Shown here piece by piece: positions 62,301 to 64,000 of a DNA stretch of 64,000 bases. The notes beneath the pieces were generated by a model. It worked only from the letters and a program-made list of their open reading frames with translations. It was not told the origin of the DNA and made no database searches. The stretch's first letter is position 1, and every line of letters starts with the position of its first letter. The position numbers and the translations under genes were made by a program. This DNA comes from Phoronis australis (lineage: Eukaryota; Animalia; Phoronida): NCBI GenBank assembly GCA_002633005.1, contig NMRA01000039.1, forward strand, positions 117,225 to 181,224, written 5' to 3'.

Positions 62301-63482
62301 ACTAAATCGCTATAAGTATGATTGTCAAAATCGGCATGTATGTTTTTAGTGTAAAGAGGGCGGTTGACGATTTTCCGACGACTTCGACTGCTGTGGCGCC
62401 TCCTAGGGGCAGTTATGTTTTGTTGCATCCGTAGCCTCCTATTGGCAATTTCGCTTTTTTACGTTTTCCTCTGTTTCTCTGAAGTTCGGATTTTTGATAT
62501 TTGGTAAATAGCTTTCTATTAAAGAAGAGATGATAACGTACCGTTTTGAGATGGATTCGACTTATTTTGCGCCATCTAATGGCCATTTCTGTGATACGAA
62601 TAATCACCTTCAAAAGCCCATTGTTTGCGGTGCCTTCGTGGGCGCATTTCAACGCTCCCGTTGATTTTTTAAGATTACGGAGTTCATAGTGAAATTAAAC
62701 AGTAACTTGTTCATGCAGTCAGAAAATTTTTAGACTATTGACATTTCCTGTTAGGTCACGTACTAACTGGCGCATTCACATACATACTCGCTTCCATTAC
62801 AGTTTTCATCGGATTTCTCGTTCATGGCTGTAGCGTCGACAACCCAAGAGGGAATCCTATTGAATTTGTGGATTACAGTGGGTAAGATTATGTCAAACCG
62901 AAAGCAGTGGGGCTAGTGAGCTAGTCAAGCATATTTGCCAACATCCGAATAGGAAGAACAGCGGGGTAGCCAGGCCATATTGCTAATCAGACTGCAGCAA
63001 TACCCGTGAACACCCCAGAAGTCGTTTTTTTGTTCTGGTAGGGTCTGTTAACTGGAACTGTAGAAAAGTACAAATTGCGCCATAATGAGTAAATTGTGCC
63101 GCTTTGTGTAATGAAACTAACCGGGTGAAAGTTATTCTAGATTAGAAGACTTTAATAGCGAACTAGGTAAAGGCGTACAGGTAATTGCTAAAGCCCTAGT
63201 AAAACGGAGCAACCAGAAATATTATCAGCTGCCAGGCAACACCTGATGAGAGCCTAATTTTTTAATAGTTTGCGAAAGTCTTCATAATGGCTCGAGCCGT
63301 GACTTATTTCCAGGTGTACCATTCCCAAAGTTGCCCATGGGATGCCAGAAGGAGGTTTCACTTACACCGCTGAAGGAGTAACGGGAACGTCGTGCATGAA
63401 CTTCCGGGTCTTCAGAATTTACGGCTACAGAACCATCACTGTACGTTGTAACATAGAATTCACGCTGACGCCCAGAAATCAG
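35682..63482 (+). CDS. Secreted or cell-surface protein: signal peptide, C-type lectin-like domain, Sushi/CCP, ZP module; 10 exons and 438 aa in the window, 3' end beyond the window
   Basis: Exons 35682-35684, 37029-37065, 40496-40670, 44622-44815, 46145-46336, 48979-49163, 55863-56008, 56895-57028, 62803-62881, 63314-63482. All introns are GT-AG with consistent phases; 1314 nt with no stop codon. Confidence 0.85.
37029..37065 (+). CDS. CTL-CCP-ZP gene exon 2 (signal peptide)
   Basis: ttttctgtttcag|KLLLTGYFITIF G|gtgagt. Confidence 0.75.
40496..40670 (+). CDS. CTL-CCP-ZP gene exon 3 (CTLD N-half)
   Basis: VSFGCGCPPGWGYYDGTDSCILSSETTQDYTQSLELCRSMNAEIATVTDIYEQIFYKE TA|gtaagt; CPxGW...C...C long-form CTLD pattern. 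Confidence 0.9.
41111..42240 (+). mobile_element. Diverged Helentron-type non-autonomous element (HINE)
   Basis: 5' TTTATGCGCCCAC...GTGGGCAT, (TCCG)n and the same repeat units with CCTAGTGGC motifs; 3' boundary uncertain. Confidence 0.7.
42948..43255 (+). pseudogene. KolX / P2X7-ballast-like Cys-rich protein, 3'-truncated
   Basis: Acidic N-terminus, GGYMFE, then WCKCTVCVVMPTSMECLCYSEF (WCxCxxCxxMxxxxExxCC motif with one Cys lost). The frame then runs into antisense transposase sequence. Confidence 0.75.
43655..44044 (-). CDS. THAP zinc-finger ORF (N-terminus of the Kolobok transposase), 129 aa
   Basis: MPHCCCVPGC...HRFP...W...RVCGKHF...RLKKDAISSV is a C2CH THAP with an AVPT-like box. The downstream fragment LELFRRCQVC...WECVAGH (43211-43417) is further transposase sequence. 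Confidence 0.8.
   Translation of the reverse strand: MPHCCCVPGCTNYRLTRALGVPLHRFPMDDTFRRTWLVRVKNAALPVNATYKAVENYRVCGKHFLLSDYERDLYAELMKVPVKQRLKKDAISSVLIPGSAPSPPPRSAFLKREASRAVASTMTGSSGGT
44622..44815 (+). CDS. CTL-CCP-ZP gene exon 4 (CTLD C-half)
   Basis: LYSIRNDEFHFIGSSNASPYWIDGTLI...RNKALCKMPE G|gtacgt; FIG, WxDG and terminal ALCK motifs. Confidence 0.85.
46145..46336 (+). CDS. CTL-CCP-ZP gene exon 5 (Sushi/CCP domain)
   Basis: Phase 1-1 exon YCPPPPVYPTA...TFSCLDGLDF...IHCQLDKTWNDTGLQC with 4 Cys and the conserved Trp. Confidence 0.9.
46781..47128 (+). mobile_element. Minimal HINE (5' end fused directly to 3' end)
   Basis: TTTTATGCGCCCACATATTTATATGTGGACGCATTATGCCGTC joined at about 46823 to sequence nearly identical to 50878-51188, ending GTGGGCGCATTT-CAACGCTCTGCGTTG-CTCTTGTT. 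Confidence 0.85.
47222..48525 (+). mobile_element. HINE with internal about 450-bp tandem units
   Basis: 5' TTATGCGCCGAC, GCGTCCG repeats, tandem units, then 3' GTTGGCGCATTT plus hairpin CAACGCTCCGCGTTG plus CTCTTGTT. Confidence 0.85.
48979..49163 (+). CDS. CTL-CCP-ZP gene exon 6 (ZP-N first part)
   Basis: AFASCANGKVMF...VRVEGAGNDENCV...LDITPPACGINV|gtaaag. Confidence 0.8.
49618..51188 (+). mobile_element. Full-structure HINE (DINE-1-like Helentron derivative)
   Basis: T-rich ends; 5' subTIR ATGCGCCCAC (49623) with nearby partial IR GTGGACGCAT; (TCCG)n at 49668-49723; central units of 441-451 bp (GGATCCGACTACCGG at 49843 and 50284); 3' subTIR GTGGGCGCAT (51153-51162) and hairpin 51165-51179. 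Confidence 0.88.
52234..53400 (+). pseudogene. Harbinger MADF (Myb/SANT-like) DNA-binding protein, two frameshifts
   Basis: MPPRKSR... frameshift at about 52390, then EESLLEWMAEHDEVWRRGHRLYKTRKQVWAAKADEIG...MSWRKSIKDLYVRL (MADF) ...EREAFIKYVADSL, frameshift at about 53180, then a Q-rich tail. Confidence 0.85.
53415..53770 (-). pseudogene. Harbinger (HARBI1-like) transposase N-terminus, truncated before the DDE core
   Basis: RRRRK...VWIRNWI.RR...GLYNRLMIELRNED...FHNFMRM...FDEL...ITKKTTNWRAPLEP..KIAITLRHLA. Confidence 0.88.
55863..56008 (+). CDS. CTL-CCP-ZP gene exon 7 (ZP-N end)
   Basis: GSSGQVTATFRVSISEQIEQKKDFLSRVSCNISDSG...LD GG|gtatgt. Confidence 0.8.
56895..57028 (+). CDS. CTL-CCP-ZP gene exon 8 (linker and ZP-C start)
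   Basis: AGWVQSSIAVRNRLPTARFVPETDYWMLGDLVPLCIAVDYDPKS G|gtaagt. Confidence 0.8.
57600..57850 (+). repeat. Diverged fragment of the HINE central repeat
   Basis: GAGTCTTGTATTTGGCGTCCGCC...CCAAACCACTTCAAGG...GCTGTATCTCCTGAAACCC homologous to the tandem unit. Confidence 0.55.
58800..60479. mobile_element. Second, older internally deleted Kolobok element
   Basis: TTAA|AGGAGCATGCCACCC ... GGGTGGCATTCTCCT|TTAA. Plus-strand KolX-like remnant CYQFEQEYSDEEILERR (about 59995-60050). Minus-strand THAP remnant from 60306: MLRCIVPACPN*...AVKNEIYAVNSKYEAVKHLRVCGL. Confidence 0.78.
61202..62665 (+). mobile_element. HINE copy
   Basis: 5' TTTTATGCACCCACATATTGCCGTC, repeat units with CCTAGTGGC motifs, 3' GTGGGCGCATTTCAACGCTCCCGTTG. 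Confidence 0.82.
62803..62881 (+). CDS. CTL-CCP-ZP gene exon 9 (ZP-C)
   Basis: VFIGFLVHGCSVDNPRGNPIEFVDYS GG|gtaaga; matches the ZP-C V..C.......(L/F)(I/V)D..GC pattern. Confidence 0.85.
63314..63482 (+). CDS. CTL-CCP-ZP gene exon 10 (ZP-C)
   Basis: CTIPKVAHGMPEGGFTY...SCMNFRVFRIYGYRTITVRCNIEF...Q|gtttgt; F.(A/V)F.(F/I)......V.C motif. Confidence 0.85.
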
Positions 63483-63675
63483 GTTTGTTGACTCTATCGT
63501 TTTTGTCTCTTAAATAGTTATGTTACTCATTACAACATTTATGCTCTCTAGTTACATTGCATGCACCCAGCCTAAAAAATGGGTGCACGTATTTTTGAGA
63601 ATGTGGACCAGAGCTATGAATTGTGCATTCTTTAAATTTTTGTATTCCCTGCCTTTTTAGTGGAATTTTGTCTTA

Positions 63676-64000
63676 TTTTTATGCGCCCACATATTTATAT
63701 GTGGACGCATTATGCCGTCATCTCCGTCCGTCCGGCGTCCGGCGTACGCTGCTTTATCTCCAAAACCCTTTGACATACGTTCAAGAAATTTGGCACATAT
63801 GTTCCATTCATAAATGGGACGGCATGTGCGAACTTTCGTACGGATCCGACTACCAGCGTGCCCCCTAGTGGCAATTTTAGTTTTTTAGGCTTACCTTTGA
63901 ATCTTCAAAAGTCCTCAGAACGGATTTTCATGAAATTTGGTATGTAGGCACCTATTAGTGAGATGACGCTATCCTCCGGTTTTCAGATAGATTCGACATA
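63676..64000 (+). mobile_element. HINE copy, 5' part (runs off the right edge)
   Basis: ATGCGCCCACATATTTATATGTGGACGCATTATGCCGTC at 63681, identical to the 49623 and 46785 starts. Confidence 0.88.

Noticed and set aside
1-64000. tRNA, rRNA or prokaryotic operon and defence systems
   Set aside because: None could be recognised; the gene structure is spliceosomal throughout.

Overview
Repeat-rich (AT-rich, TACATGTA-rich) animal genomic DNA, most likely from a marine invertebrate (inference), from a draft assembly with small N gaps. There are no prokaryotic features. Manual splice-phase reconstruction gives three spliced genes that the ORF track mostly misses. (1) A minus-strand secreted-protein gene leaving the left edge (exons 2130-2077 and 1049-986). 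(2) A complete 10-exon minus-strand gene (33782-14829, about 623 aa) for a type-I membrane protein: signal peptide, RRRR, 9 EGF repeats plus one truncated EGF, Thr/Pro stalk, TM helix and short tail. It is Notch-ligand/DLK-like and has no DSL domain. (3) A divergent plus-strand gene (35682 to beyond 63482, 438 aa in the window): signal peptide, atypical C-type lectin domain, Sushi/CCP domain, ZP module. Introns and intergenic DNA hold a decayed Tc1/mariner, a Penelope-like remnant, an AcademX remnant nested in a MITE, two internally deleted Kolobok elements (THAP plus KolX), an internally deleted Harbinger (MADF plus transposase), a 64-bp minisatellite and several MITEs. There is also a family of Helentron-type non-autonomous elements (HINE/DINE-1 architecture). 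The most striking signal is that these HINEs carry co-oriented CTCF-consensus motifs about every 150 bp, which seeds many putative insulator sites through the ZP gene.
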